Positions 62,701 to 64,000 of a stretch of DNA of 64,000 nt are shown here, in pieces (the first letter of the stretch is position 1; each line of letters opens with the position of its first letter). A program made the translations under genes and the position numbers. A model generated the notes under the pieces. That model ran no database searches. It was not told the DNA's origin and was given only the letters and a program-made list of their open reading frames with translations. This DNA is from Lytechinus pictus. Taxonomy: Eukaryota. The stretch covers positions 22,632,001-22,696,000 of the forward strand of contig NC_087251.1 of NCBI RefSeq assembly GCF_037042905.1, in the 5' to 3' direction.

Positions 62701-64000
62701 CCAATACCACCATCCCACTACCCCCACCACCTCAATCATCACCAATCACTATCACCCACCATCACCAACACTCACCATCAAAATAAATATGAATAAATAA
62801 ACGATTTTAGTATTATTTTGAATTCGCTTTCCTCACACTGCTGGGTCATCACTCATCAAGCCCCAGTTGTCGGTTTCATTATGATTATCACAAAATTGAG
62901 ATTAAAATTTACAGTTTTATTGTCCCCACCAGGGGAAAAGGGTAGGCCTACACAGCTAGGGGCTCTGGGCGATTTTGCCCCCGAAATACTCAAAAGACTG
63001 GAAAGTAAAAAAGGGAGCCCTGGAAAATTCCCTTTCATTGCAAGGTTAAAGCTTCCAATGTTGAAGATTTAGGCAGAAGTAGCCCCTGAAAATAAATAAT
63101 TTTTTTAATAATTTGCTAGCTGGTCCCCACCTTAAAAAATGATACCTTACCTTTTCTCGGGGGATCGTTAAAATTTGGATAGGGCCTATCATAGTTTTAT
63201 GTATTGCTAATTATATACCACCCCCCCCCCCTCAAAAAAAGGGGGACGGGGGTGGTGATAGCAACAGAAAGATGCATGCTGGAAGGGTGAGAAACCAGTC
63301 CGATCGGGCTCCCCCTGCATTTCTGTGAATTATTTATTATATAGGCCTATTTCTTACTGGGATTGACGGGTGTCTCATAGGGAGAAGCAGTGATATTGAG
63401 GTTCAATGGTAATTTAGACAGTCCTAGTAGAGCACCAGTGTATTTGGGGAGGGGGACAACTGAGATCGACCAACCCGTACTTTCTTATTTTCACGATGAA
63501 AATATTAGGAGTAGGCCTTTTCGATCCACAGCTATTTGACCCAGAAATCTTTTTTGATACTCTTATTTCTATCTTTATTTTTCTTCTACCCCCTAACTAT
63601 TTGAAAACTTGCGGATTTCGCCCCACCCAAAGTCGCGCAGTCCACTCCGCTCATATCTAATGATTTAATCCACCTTTCTGGCTCCGTCTCATCGCCCCCG
63701 CATGATTCGATTGGTGAGATGTGTATCCTATTAATGAGTCACTAAATGCAGTCATTAGCAGGTTCCTTTTCTGGTCAGTATATTAAAAATTTCAGCTCGC
63801 GCTTGCATTAATTCCTTCGTTAGATACACATCGTTTTCATGATTACAAAAACTGCTCGGAATGTTTAATTTTCATGTCTTATTACATGAAATATGAATGT
63901 TCAACAGTGCTCGTGATTGAGTTTTACTACTTTAGATTAAAAATTCCTCGCTTGCTCCACTCTCTCACAGAAAAAATATTAATGAGTCACTAAATGCAGT

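Overview
Eukaryotic, AT-rich, intron-rich animal genomic DNA. The repeat families and gene content suggest an invertebrate deuterostome such as a sea urchin; this is an inference. Three spliced protein-coding genes could be reconstructed by hand, with GT-AG sites and matching exon phases. (1) GTF2A1 (TFIIA alpha/beta precursor), minus strand: ATG at 7767, six exons in the window, continuing past the left edge. (2) A divergent DM-domain (Dmrt) transcription factor, plus strand: three coding exons 13177-22327, about 836 aa. It has an altered recognition helix, nine 17-aa tandem repeats and a long S/P-rich tail. (3) Stonin (STON1/2, stoned-B type endocytic adaptor), minus strand: five coding exons 62508-32933, about 1045 aa. 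Stonin lies upstream of GTF2A1 on the same strand, the arrangement known from the vertebrate STON2-GTF2A1 and STON1-GTF2A1L pairs, but here the Dmrt gene sits between them on the opposite strand. The rest is introns and intergenic DNA full of often nested non-autonomous DNA transposons (hAT-like, PIF/Harbinger-like, TTAA-type, foldback, Helentron-like), tRNA-derived SINEs and LINE remnants. Most short ORFs in the supplied track are non-coding noise.
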